Shown: positions 24,201-36,065 of the stretch, piece after piece | Numbering within the stretch: position 1 is the first letter of the stretch | Layout of the letters: the number at the start of each line of letters is the position of its first letter | Source of the DNA: Lama glama | Lineage: Eukaryota | Reading direction: 5' to 3' | DNA: 64,000 bases | NCBI GenBank assembly: GCA_028534125.1 | Contig: CM052817.1 | Coordinates: 41,046,001 to 41,110,000, forward strand | Translations under genes and position numbers: made by a program | The notes under the pieces: model-generated | The model's input: only the letters and a program-made list of their open reading frames with translations | The model's database searches: none | What the model was told of the DNA's origin: nothing

Positions 24201-25252
24201 AAACCTCTAGAGGATCTCTCTTAATTTATTGGTATTGCAAAAGGAGTTTGAATCAGTCCACCTTAATTGAACTTTAGAAAAGGGTGACTGATAAAAATTC
24301 GCATGACCAGTCACGGTGACAGCCAAAGAATCAAAGACCATGTGCTTGGACTTGAACTTTGAGGAAGTGGATCCTGTTTGTCCAGTAGAACCTGCCCTTT
24401 GGCCAGCTAAGCCTAGTGAACTTTTAAAGGATTTCTGACCCAAAGCATTAAAAATCATTCCCCTTGTGACAGCACAGCAGAAGGACTGACGCTTTTGTTT
24501 TCTTCCAGAAAGAAAAAATATAGAATACCTCCTTTAGCCCTTCATTGCTTCTTAATCATCTCACCCTCAAAATGACTTTCAGCATATATGCTTTTTGATG
24601 TGGCATGATTTGAATGTATTGACAATTTAGTGTATTCTTTTAAAATCCCATAAAACCTACACGACATTCCCCAAGTATGTATAGTGGTAGTGAATAGCTT
24701 GCTAGGCCTTTAAAATTAGATCATCAAATAACCAAGTGTGATTTCAGAAGACTCTCAGGACTTCTAATCACTAAGTCAGTGTACTTGACTGGTTTATGTT
24801 TTCCTAAGGGAATGCATCAGTGTTGTTCCCTGAAAGATTTTGGTGGTGCAGAGGTATTCAGACATCTTAATCTTTCAGGGAAATTTTAGCTACTGAAAAG
24901 TCACATCTACTGTTATCAAGATTTAAAGTACCTCTGTATAATTTGTTTTTGTAGAGAGAAGAAGGTTAATTATTGAATGTTCATACAAAAATAGAAGTAT
25001 ACTGCCCGAAAATGTGACCAGCAGCTGGGAGTAGTGTGTGATCTGACTGGTCATTTATTTTCTTTAGTCAAGAAGGGGTAATGAGAAATATTTCTATGTA
25101 TTAGTTAAATAGAAGATATATAAGACACAGATAAGTGAAGTTCCACATGTTGGGGCAAATAAATGACATAAAAGTTCTATTTTGTTCATGTATAATTTGA
25201 AGTTCTTTTATTTTCACCAAGAAATCAAAAACTTTTTTGTGGGTCTCTTTAT

Positions 25253-25437
25253 TGTTATTATTTTTATTGAAGTTTAGTTAATTTACAATGTTGTGTTAGT
25301 TTCTGGAATACAGCATAGTGATTCAGTTGTGTATATGTATATGCGTGTGTGTGTGTATGTGTGTGTGTGTGTGTGTATACACTCTTTTTATACCCTTTTT
25401 CATTATAGGTTATTACAAGGTATTGAATATAGTTCCC
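25253..25437 (-). mobile_element. L1 3' UTR fragment with internal (TG)n
   Basis: tttattgaagtttagttaatttacaatgttgtgttagtttctgg...ttattacaaggtattgaatatagttccc; TSD tgtgggtctctttat / tgtgtgtctctttat (25238-25252, 25438-25452). Confidence 0.92.
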
Positions 25438-26284
25438 TGTGTGTCTCTTTATGCTTTACTTAGCCCAAAAAGGAGACATGAAAAATACGGTTAGAATTTT
25501 TTTTCTAAAGATCTTTTTTCTAAAACACATAATCCACAATGACATCATATTTGATCTCCCCAAGTCAAAACCCATGAAAGACTCAGCAAGCAAGACTGCA
25601 CAGCTGAGTTGGATTGGTCATCTTGTACTACATGAAAGGTCCTAGTCCGAGTCACACGTATCAATGGATTTCGATGACTGGCTTTGTATTTGTACAAACC
25701 CTTGGATTAAGAGCAAGAATGAAGATGTCATCAACAAAAGAGACAGTAGAATCAACTGTCTCTTTGCAAGAATGGAATGTAACCACCCTGAATGCCAACA
25801 AACAAACTTCCCAAGTTCTCCTTCAGCATCCTGGCCTCCTACGGACTGGCTGTTCTGAGACTCTTCTTCTGTGGAGCCAGTCCCTGGGTGGCCTTTATGA
25901 AAGACATCTGGCATTTAGTTTCCCCCCAGAGAAAAACGATTCCATTCATCCCAGCAGCAGGAGGTAGCATTTCTTCTTTCTATAGCAATACATGCCTTCT
26001 TTTCATCCAAGGATTACTGAAGGACTTTGCGAAGAATAAAGAAATACTTGCAAATCGTGGAAAGCATGTGATCCCATTTTACAGATGGAGAAGCTGAGCC
26101 AGAAAGGCTTAAAAAATAAAAAAGGCCGTTTCCCCAAATATAGCAGAAACCAGAAGGCATAAACCATGACTATGATTCTAATGGAGTAATCTGATTTAAT
26201 CGCAATTCATAGCACTTTTTTTTTCTTTTTGCGTCTTCAAAATCAGCCGTGCAATTAAAACATAATTATGCTTTGCTTCTTCGT

Positions 26285-26490
26285 GGTACCTTTCACCCAG
26301 GGAACAGAAAGTACTTTACAAACATTAATTAAGCAGCACAACACTCCTGTGAGGAAGGTAGGAATTATCCCGCTCTTAGGGGTTGGTGATGTGGAAGCTG
26401 AAGGATTTTGTAACTTATCCTTGAGTACAGTGGAAATTGTTGCTCAAGATTCCATATGGTTGAAATCTCTCTGTGGTCCTATCCTATAGT
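26285..26490 (-). mobile_element. ancient MIR-family (CORE) SINE
   Basis: aagtactttacaaacattaattaagcagcacaacactcctgtgaggaaggtaggaattatccc. Confidence 0.6.
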
Positions 26491-26724
26491 TAGACAGTCT
26501 TTGAAATACATTAATAACCTTTTGTGAAAGGTATTTCCAACTGCTTATTGTTATTAGCATTTAACTTAAAAAAATAAACTGTGCTTCTGTGAATCCTTTT
26601 CATTAGATACCTGTTTTAAATTTTAAGTCCAAGCTTAATGATAGGAAACTTTTTGGTATTTTTATCGATTAGAGTACTCTAACTATCTAAGGTCTCACCT
26701 GAACCTGAAAGTCATTCTAAGTAT

Positions 26725-27175
26725 TTTTATCTTTCAGTAAACTTTTGTGGAACTAAAGTAATACATAGGTAAAGAGACAGAACAAAAATCATAAATATAA
26801 GGCTTGATGAATTTTCACAAAGTGAATATGGATGTGTACCAGCACAGAACATTAACAGCACCCGGACCCCCTCGCCCTGTGTGCCCACTCCCAGGCACCA
26901 CCCTCCCAAATGTAACCAATAGCCCGCGTGATAACAGCATAGGCTAGTTGTGCCAATTTTGTACCTTGGATGCACGGAGTCACCCTGTGGATACTCGTCT
27001 GTGTCTGCCTTCTTTCATTGAGTATTACATCTGTGAGTTCATCCATGTTGCCGCTGGCAGTTACGTTAAGTTCATTCTGATTGCTATAGAGTATTCAATT
27101 GTTTAAAACACCTTAATCTCTTCATCTATTCTACTGTTGATGGACAATGGGGTGGTTTCCAGTTTGAGGTGATTT
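26725..27175 (-). mobile_element. L1ME/L1MC-like 3' end
   Basis: ttgatgaattttcacaaagtgaat...cagaacattaacagcacccc...tgtgagttcatccatgttg...ctattctactgttgatggaca. Confidence 0.85.
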
Positions 27176-27459
27176 AAATATTATTTTAAAGGTATGCTGC
27201 TGTACAGACTCTCCTTCAACTAGGTTGAAATAAATCAAAGATAATCTTTTTCACATGCTTTATTTACCATGAAGCCATTGAGATGAATGATATGCACTAA
27301 GGAGTTTCTGGATGTTATTCATATAAAGAAGAATGAGAGTCTTAAGGACCTGCTTCCCAATTGTGGGGTGGGGATAATTAAACTTCTTCTCTAAACCCGA
27401 CAATACCATCTGCCTCTATTGGTTGCTGAATTCACAAGCAGCATCTTAGAGAAGTTCAA

Positions 27460-27600
27460 AGAGCTCAGACACCAGGAGACCTGGGTGTGAACTCCAGCTC
27501 CACCACTTACTAACTGTGTGACCTTGGCCATCGCAGCCTCACTCAACTCCACTTTCTTTAACCATCAGATGATCTCTAGAGTTGTTAAGAGACATGAATT
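27460..27600 (+). mobile_element. MIR SINE, interrupted by a younger insertion
   Basis: agacctgggtgtgaactccagctccaccacttactaactgtgtgaccttgg. Confidence 0.8.
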
Positions 27601-27629
27601 TAAATACATAGCATGGATGTGGCTGTGTC

Positions 27630-27711
27630 TTTTTTTTTAGTGGAGGTGCTGGGGAATTGAACCCAAGACCTTGTGCATGCTAAGCATGTGCTCTACCACT
27701 GAGCTACTTCC
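27630..27711 (-). mobile_element. Vic-1-like SINE (tRNA head plus A tail)
   Basis: reverse complement reads tagctcagtggtagagcacatgcttagcatgcacaaggtcttgggttcaattccccagcacctcca followed by an A-run. Confidence 0.88.
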
Positions 27712-27784
27712 AAACTATATTCAATACCTTGTAATAGCCTATAATGAAAAAGCATATGAAAAGGAGTATGAATATATATGTGTG

Positions 27785-27817
<33 letters not shown>

Positions 27818-27919
27818 GTGTGTGTGTGTGTGTATATATAAACTGAATCACTACGCTGTACACCAGAAACTAGCACAACATTGTCAACTGGCTATACTTC
27901 AATTTTAAAAATGGGGAAA
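27712..27919 (+). mobile_element. L1 3' UTR fragment with (TA)/(TG) microsatellite
   Basis: aactatattcaataccttgtaatagcctataatgaaaaag...aactgaatcactacgctgtacaccagaaactagcacaacattg. Confidence 0.9.
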
Positions 27920-28112
27920 AAATACACGGCACGAAGTAGGAACTCAGTGAACTTCATATATTATCAGATATCTTCTGACCCAGTGTGGCTCTCAGTCCTA
28001 CCAAATGGTGGTCTGACTGGCCTGGATTATAGTTTGCAATTATTAAAAATACATATTTGAAAACTTCAATAAATAACCGTACAGTGAATGTGGAAGCATC
28101 TATATTCAAAGA

Positions 28113-28147
28113 GACCTCCAACACTAAAGGGACCTCCAACATTAAGG
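28113..28147. repeat. 18-bp tandem duplication
   Basis: gacctccaacactaaagg / gacctccaacattaagg. Confidence 0.85.
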
Positions 28148-28539
28148 ATTACTATATTTCTTTTTAAGATTGTATTAATGATGAATCTGCAGTGGACAAT
28201 TGATTCAACCTTGGCTTCCCTGTAAGAGTTTATCCTAGATATAATAAAAGAGCAGACCGAGTATCATTACAGACATTCTCTGTAAACAGCTTGACTTAAT
28301 GTATGATTTAGGTTGGAAAATTGTTGGCTCTCAGCTCAGAATTCTGTGGAAGTGGAAGCTTGGGCAGAAAATTGCCGTGGGACTTTGCGTTTGTTGGATC
28401 CTAGATCAAGGAGCTTTGTGTTGAATGACATTTTAGAAATGACAGTAGTTGTAGTGAGCTGAATGGGAGGGGTGGATATTTTTTGCCTGATTCTCATGTG
28501 ACTGGCTGCCAGTTAAATGCATTTCACATATTCTTGACT

Positions 28540-29370
28540 TCCCACTGGAGACTCACTTGTCTGAATCACAGCCTTGTCCTCTTCTATCTTCTCCCATCTG
28601 AGGAAATGATACCCAGTCGCTCAAGCTAGAACCTGGGTGTTCTTAACTCCTCATTCTACTCAAACCCAACCAATCCGACAATTCTTGCCAGTTCTACTTC
28701 CTGAATATCTCGTGACTGCACCCACCTCTCCCTGTCCCATTGCCGTGACTACAGTCCAGTCTGCCAGTATCTCCCACCTGGACACTTCAGGAGCCTTGTA
28801 CCTGATCTCCCAGCATCCGTTTTTGCCCTTTCACAATTCTATCTCTGTGTTACTGCTCCAAGTGATCTTTTAAAACAACAAAGCAGATCAGTCCTGTCTT
28901 CTGCTTCTAAGTGATTCTTTAATAGTTTCATGCTGAATTTAGGGTTAAGTCCGTAATCCTTAACTTAGCCTAAAGAATGGCCCTTCTCTCCTCTGCAGCC
29001 CTGTTCCAGAGATTTCATGCTGCAGCCACACAGGCCTTCTTTCTGGTGCTTGAGTGTCATGCATTCTTCCTTTACGTGCCTTTCTCTGTACCCTCTCTTT
29101 TCCTAGCAAACTCCTGTTAATTCTTCAGGCCTCAGATTTAATATATGTCTTCAGGAAAACACCCCACAATTCCACGCATTAAATTATCAGATCCCTCTAC
29201 TGTATACTTTCATAGCACTTTCTACTTACATTTATGAGAATGCTCACACTTGGAATTTTGCATGTCCCTGCTAGTCTATGAGTTTTCTGAGAGGAGGGAT
29301 TCTCTCCCCTTTGTTTACTTGTGCGTCTTTCATTGCTAATTGCTCAGTACAGATTATTGATGGATTGAGT
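28540..29370 (+). mobile_element. L2 3' portion
   Basis: cccagtcgctcaagctagaacctggg...tctcccacctggacac...agtgatcttttaaaac...ttcttcaggcctcagatttaa. Confidence 0.8.
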
Positions 29371-29821
29371 CATATATGTCTACAGGGTGGGATTAGGTTG
29401 TTAGTATCTCCAGAGGAAACGGCAGGCACATTTTTGTCTCTTCAGAAATGTTGAAGTGATGTTCTGAAACAGGGAAGGGAATTGTCAGTGTTGTTTGTGA
29501 AACGCGAGGTAGAAAATCATTCAAAAGGGATTAGGAAGATTTTTTGCTGGTACTTATTTTGACAATTTTTCTTGATTTATTTTGTTAGCAATAGATAGGA
29601 CTTCACAATATAATTTAAACAACAACAACAAAATACAATGGATATGGTCTTTGATATCAGTAGTAACACGCAGCTGCAAAATATACGGTAAAGGAACCCC
29701 TTTGCCAGCCTGCCTTTTCTGCCCTCTCAACTGCGCGTTGTCTCCACATACTGGACAGCAGTAGCCCATCTGCAGGCTCAGAGATGGTGCTCCTTTCTCT
29801 CCTTTGCGACATCAGCAAGTG

Positions 29822-29990
29822 CAGTGTTGGTTCCTCAGAGTGGAGCACATGAAGCATTTCATTTAGAATTACCTGGGGTTTTAAAGACACGTGCAGATTC
29901 CTGCTCTCATCAGAAACCTGGGAATTAAAATCTCTAGTGGATGAGGCCTAGGGAACTATATCTTTAACAAGAGCCCAGTGTTGAAAACGA
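29822..29990. mobile_element. MER5B-like MITE
   Basis: ttagaattacctgggg...tgcagattcctg...aaatctctagtggatgaggcctagggaactatatctttaacaag. Confidence 0.7.
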
Positions 29991-30634
29991 TCCACCTAGT
30001 GCCTGGTCATTAGAGGTTTAGGGACTGACAACAGGGATGTACAGGGCTGACTTTGGGAAACGCAGATTATGATTCACGCATGCCTTCGTCAGTAAGGCCA
30101 CTGTCAGCTCTAAGCTTGAAATAAGGAGTTACACAAACACAAAGATAAAAGGACCTTAAAAGACCATTTGATTAAGCTTTATGCTTCAGGCATATTTATA
30201 CCCAAACCGCACAGGACTGCTAATGGTCTGTTTTCTTACTGGCGATGTTTAAGGACAGAGAATCCAGTAATGTATGTGTATCACTGAGATATTCAGATAA
30301 TTTTAGGTGATCTTTCAACTCTAAAACCTTTTGACCTTGCCTAAGGTCCCTTTCTCCTTGGTTGATATTTTGTAAACATGGAGAACAAACTAACATTGTC
30401 ACCATCTTAAAATATTTAACATCTCATCATCCATTGGGACTAGTGCCCAGCCGTTCCCCCAACATAGACTTACTGAGTTAGAAACAATCTTAGACGCTAC
30501 TTGAGTTGAACCTCCTCATTTTACAGACATGTAAACAAATGCAGGAATTAGATGTCATGAAGTTATAAATCTGACAGATTTATGAGTGTATTTCAACACC
30601 CCAACTTACTTTTTATCCTGGGTTACATTTTCCC

Positions 30635-30855
30635 GCGTGGTGCAGTGGGGAAGCATCTGGTCCATCTAAATTTAGGTCTGGTTCAAATCCTTCTCTATCA
30701 CTAACTACCTGTATGATTATAGCACATTATTTGACAAAGCTGAGCTTCATTTTCATCAGATGATCTATGAAGATATAAATCTGAGTTGTATAATTGTATT
30801 GAGAGTTAAATAAGATACAGCATAGTGCCTAGCACACAGTAGGTGCTCAGTTAGA
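30635..30855 (+). mobile_element. MIR SINE
   Basis: tctggttcaaatcct...cactaactacctgtatga...gagagttaaataagata...gtgcctagcacacagtaggtgctcag. Confidence 0.75.
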
Positions 30856-31189
30856 AAACTTATATATTTGTTGTTGGTATAATTTTTGGAAGGTAGTTTA
30901 GCAACATGTATCATCATGTGTGGTGTACTTGTCTGTGACTTGGCAATTCCAGTCATCGTAGTGAAATCAAGCACCACGCACAGCATGCAGAAACGTGTGA
31001 AGTAGCTCACTCTTACAGGCTTCAGTTACACAGTGGGTCAGCACTTATTTACTTAACCAAGAACCCAGAATAAATCTTGATCCAACCCAAATATCCTAGA
31101 ACAGTGGCGCTGTCTTCTGACAATCTTCTAGAAGAATTTAACTGCAAATGCTTTAGTCATAAGAAGAAGAATAATTGTGGTAAATGAGT

Positions 31190-31410
31190 TAATAGTACAT
31201 GTAAAATGTATTATGTGACCATCCTAAGCTTATTCACTTAATCTTTGCCATAGCCTTTTGACGCAGATACAACATTACCCATATTTTAAAGAGATTAAGT
31301 AGCTTGTGCATCTTTGGGGGAGTAGTGGAGTGGCAGAGGTTGTCACATGGTTTGTTAGCAATTGAATCAGGATTTGAACAGAAGTTGTTTTGATTCCAGA
31401 GCCAACTGCT
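31190..31410 (-). mobile_element. MIR SINE
   Basis: attcacttaatcttt...attacccatattttaaagaga...caggatttgaacagaag...tgattccagagcc. Confidence 0.65.
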
Positions 31411-33065
31411 CAATTCTGTGATTCTTATATGTGGAGATTAAAATTAAACAAACAAGCATTAATGTGAAGGCCCATCCCAGACTTTCTGAGCCACAAAGGT
31501 GTAGGACAGGCCAGGCTGAGGGCAACTGTCATAGCCATCATGCTCTCTGGTCCCCATGTGCCTTGGATGTGGTCTACTTACTAGAAAGAAAACACACTAC
31601 TGTACACGGGGTTACCTTAACCACTTCCTGTGGTCCCATTTTCACCCATCACACTCTCCAGACTGCATCTTTGCACTGCCTCAGGGTACGGGGCCCCCAT
31701 TTGAAAGACCTTGATGAAAAACCTAATTACGCACAGATGCACTTGGATGTTTGTTTTACTTACTAATGGTTGGGTGTAGGTTTCCTTCTTTTCCCTTGTC
31801 AAGGAAGCTGAGGTTCTGAGGCAGCCACAGACTACAACATAAATACAGGGAGGAAGGGAGGAAAAATCTTGGAAAACTCAAAAGCCTGCTATTTCCCAGA
31901 CAAGCCCCAATCTGCTTTTGACCTCGCTCCAAAAGGAGTGGTTTCCATGATTGATTGTGGGTAACATAACGTAACGTGACCTTACTGGAGCCCTTGCACA
32001 TCAAACGTTAGCTTTTTCTTCCTCACAGCTGGGGACTCGAGTCCTTGTTTCTACTCGCTGATGGCTGAGAGGGGCTGGTGCTTGGGTTCTGCCATCCCAC
32101 ACCTGTCTTCGTGGCACCTCCGCTCTCAGTACCGATTCCTTCTCCACGAGCGTCGCCAGGTCCGGTGGGAATAGTTTGTGCCCCAGGTTATATGTGTAGT
32201 TTACAAGTGCTCATTAATGATATCCTTCCTCTTACTTCCAGCCAGCCCTGCCTGGTAAGCACTCTGAGAGCTAAAATAGTTTCTTTTTACATTTGGCAGC
32301 AGAAAAGACTGAGCAAGATTTGGGAGGTGAAAAAGTCTGCCCAAGGCAACGTGGGGTTGGAACCAGAGCCAGACAGAGCTCAACAATGTGCGTTTCCAAT
32401 CTATCAGGCAAGATTACCTCCCGGTTTGTCATGTGGGCTGCCTCACTCTCCTTGGCTCTCCTGATCCGAGTTTTTCTTCTGAGACTAACAACAAGGTTAG
32501 AGGAAGGGTCAGCCGTCTGGGTGACTTGGCAGTGGCTTCCATTAGGACTGCTTCTTTCCCGAGAATGATGAAATTCAACCTCACAGTTTAAATGCTTGTC
32601 CCAAAATATTTCAAAATGTGAAATGCATGCGAGCCAAATGACAAAAATGTTTTTTTTAAAAAACAAAAACATGGGCTTCTTGTCATCCACCACACTGGCT
32701 GTTTCAATGTCTGTTCAGTCAGTAAATTATTCTTTCTGATCTTCATTTCTGATGACATCCAGATGGTCTAAAAGTCAGTCTTTTTCTGTGAGAGAGTGTC
32801 TCAGTGAAGCTAAAAGTGAGTAGCCCTCACATTCAGATAGTGTGGCTAAGAATTTAGTGGAATGACATAGAATTGTCTGTACCCAATTAACATAATATTT
32901 AAATAATTACAGTGCCTATATCTTCAGCTTGAAGTTGGGCTGAATTATTAATGTTCTTAACTCTTAAAGGGATACTGTGAGACTGTATCTTTCTCCCTAA
33001 ATTATAGGACACTTTATAAAAGCCAAAATTGCTAATTAACGTTTTTTCCTTTCTATTTCCTCCAG

Positions 33066-33081
33066 ATCTTCTAGAATTAAG
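33066..33081 (+). other. candidate 16-nt microexon
   Basis: gctaattaac (branch-like), gttttttcctttctatttcctccag | ATCTTCTAGAATTAAG | gtactg. Confidence 0.3.
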
Positions 33082-33319
33082 GTACTGTTTTGTTAGAGTC
33101 AAAGATACTCTGTATCAACCTACCACATGCCAATTCTGAGAGCTTGAAATGGGTCATGGTGTGGATGATGGTGTTTAAGATTTATTCTGTTTCTTTTTAA
33201 ATATAGCCTTAAAATGACTAATTAATAATAAGAACAAAATGTTGATATAATTTTTGTCACCATTATTTATCAGCCTTTGAAAAAAAGATAATATTCTTTT
33301 TCAGAATGAAAAGAGCAAT

Positions 33320-33530
33320 ATTGGCTTCTATTCAGACATTATAGTAGATGCTTTCGTTTGTTATCTCATCTAGTTCTTTCTAGGACCAAAAGATGGACAT
33401 AATTACCCATATTTTATAGATGCAGAAACCAAAACATGAAATACATCAGTAATTTTCCCGGGTTGCAAAGGTTGTAAGGATAGGAATTCAGGAATGTTAG
33501 GCTCCAAATCCATGTACTTTTCACTTCTGT
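33320..33530 (-). mobile_element. MIR SINE
   Basis: ttatctcatctagttct...attacccatattttatagatgcagaaac...ggctccaaatccatgtacttttcact. Confidence 0.65.
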
Positions 33531-34054
33531 AGCCTGTTTACCAAATTAAACTCATCCACGGACTGTTTTCGTATACAGTGAATGCAGGGTGAGCTTTGTT
33601 ACCCAGTAGCTCATTCCTTCCAGTAGCCAAACCAAATAGATGGTCCTGCACTTCCCTTCCCACATACAGGTATGTTCCTATTGGACTCTAGAATACAGGT
33701 TGGTAGTCACTGATTTTCTCATTGTCTGGGGTTCAAGGCAGAGAACCCTACATGATTGTACATTATATGGCAGATTCTTAGATACAGAACTTCAGAAATG
33801 CATTTAGTCGTGAAAATCAAATAATAAAATATAAGGATTTGAGAAATACTCTGAGGGGAAGAAAACTATAAAATGGGTGTTGCTAAACAAAGACAATATT
33901 CAGAGAATGTCAAAGACCTAAAATCTCCCACTTTCCCTTCCCTCTTCTTTTCTTGCTTCTCTCTCTCTCCCTCTCTCTCACTTGCTTTTGTGTTTTATTG
34001 CTCTCATGCTTTTTGACTGTAAACAATTTTCTTCTCTCTTCTCTTGCTCACCAG

Positions 34055-34078
34055 AAGGCTCTAACTCACTCCACCAGG
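34055..34078 (+). other. candidate 24-nt (or 21-nt NAGNAG) frame-preserving microexon
   Basis: about 120 nt of pyrimidine-rich sequence with repeated TGC ending cttctctcttctcttgctcaccag | AAGGCTCTAACTCACTCCACCAGG | gtgaga; two of three phases open (KALTHSTR or xGSNSLHQ). Confidence 0.5.
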
Positions 34079-34149
34079 GTGAGAACTCACTATTGCCGTA
34101 ATGGAGGTGGCCTTGGGCACCGACATGGAGTTTGAAGTGGCTTCCTGGA

Positions 34150-34315
34150 TCCTTGCTACTCAGAGTGTGGTCTGTGAACCAGCAGCATTTAGCATCACCT
34201 GGGAGTCTGCTGGAAATGCAGAATCCCAGGCCCTATCCTAGACCTAAAGAGTCAGAATCTACCTTTTAGCAAAATCCTCAGGGAACTTCTGTGCATAGTA
34301 AGTTTGAGAAGCAAT
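34150..34315. mobile_element. MER5A1-like MITE
   Basis: ccttgctactcagagtgtggtc...agcatcacctgggag...gaaatgcagaatcccaggccc...agtttgagaagca. Confidence 0.85.
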
Positions 34316-35864
34316 AGCCTAGAAAAGTCTAATAGGTTTTTCCCTCCAGAGAAGAATCACTGCTTTAAAGGAAAGAGGGGTCGTCGGAGAATATCAGTTC
34401 CAGGCTCCTTCTGGGGTCAGCTGTGGTTAGAGCCAGGGCTGACCTGTGGGTGGGGAGACTTGTGTTACTGCAGGTAACAGAATAGGACAACCCCGCACAG
34501 GGAACAGAGTATCTGGTAGGAATTCTGGCTACCATTCCACCGCCACCAACCAGTGTTGCCACCGTGCAGGTCCTTTAGAGCCTGGGCTCTTGTGGCAGCC
34601 GCTTCCTCGGTTCCTCAGTAGATACACACACATACACATATGCATGCATGTGTGTGGCACCTACATCACAGATAGCCACGTGTGCACCTGAAGGAAAGGG
34701 AGGAGAGAAACCCAAACGCATTACGTCTCCTGTGTGCCAGACGTGACAGCAGGCGCTTTCATTTGAGAGACTGAACAGCACAGAGAAAATCAGATTATTG
34801 TGAGCTCACGTTCAGTTACTAGCCAGACTTGGTTAACCAGAACCTCTGCACGTTGAGTAGATCTCTAGCTGGTGTTTTTAAGGATGACCTCATTAAGTGA
34901 TTAAGTTAAATGATGAGATCCTAAAACTCTAAATCATAAAAGAGGAATTCAATTATATTAGAGTTCTCATGTTTACAGTATCCTCTTAAAAGACAGTTTC
35001 CAAGTGACTTCAAATGCAAAAAATATATTCCAGCCTGAATATTACACATGTGACCCGAGATGTTAGTGGCTTCAAAGGGATGCTCTTTCCCGAGAGTAGT
35101 TTTGTGGAGTTGGAGGCTCTGCTGTGAGCACTGTCATCTAAACAGCTGTTTCCTTGCCATTCCTGGGAGGCCTGTCTTCTACAATATTCCTTTCTTTCAT
35201 AGGATCTAAAAGTTCCCCAGAGTTTACCCTCTGCAAGGGCCAGTGTTCCCAGGATCCTTGGATGGGATTCTAGTCCTGTTGCTGTTTTGACTGGCTGGGA
35301 GATTTGGGGCTATCACTGAATCCCTTTGGGTCTCATGTTTATCTTCTGTAAAAAGTAGTGAGCTTGACTGCACTCTAAGGTCCCTTTTGTCCCACATGAA
35401 TATTCTAGCGTCTGCAGAAAGAATATTTTATAATAGAACATGTCAACATGGATTCAGTTGGGTCTTATCACATGCTCCGAGCGTTTCCAGGATCCCCAAG
35501 TCTGCATCTCCCACACCCCCGCTCTTCCCACAGGCTTGGCTTATGTCAGGTGGCAGCTCAGCTACTGGACAAGGGGCAAGGCAGCAAGGGTGACGTCCTG
35601 ACTGGTGATCACTTAGCGAAGAATGTGGGTCTCCTGAGTACACTGTGGCTTCAGAAAGGGGTTTGGGTCTCTGTAGTCATAGGCTATATGTTTAACATTT
35701 TTTTTTATTTTTGAAATTTTCACCAATGACTCAGGAAAATGCCAAATATATTTGTTCTAGTTATTTGAAAATTATAAACCCATTGAGGGTATAGGGAAGT
35801 AACTTTCTACAGAAGCAAAATTTTGATTGACAACTGACGCAAAAGAAAGAATATAAATTTTGAA

Positions 35865-36065
35865 TTTAAAAGGACCTGTATTTGTATAGTACCCCTTACT
35901 AGCTGGGTGACTCAGGGTATGGCAGTTACATTCCCTGAAACTCAAATTTCTAATCTCTCAAATGAGAGTAATGATATTTGCTTTGCAGAATTACTATAAG
36001 GATTCAAGATAATGTCTGCAAAGCTCCTGGCATATAATAGATGCTCAATAAATGTCAGCTATTAT
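35865..36065 (+). mobile_element. MIR SINE
   Basis: cttactagctgggtgact...aggattcaagataatg...cctggcatataatagatgctcaataaatg. Confidence 0.75.

Noticed and set aside
25690..25760. Minus-strand FVDDIFILA as a reverse-transcriptase motif
   Set aside because: No upstream GxxQG or SP motif in a suitable position; likely chance.
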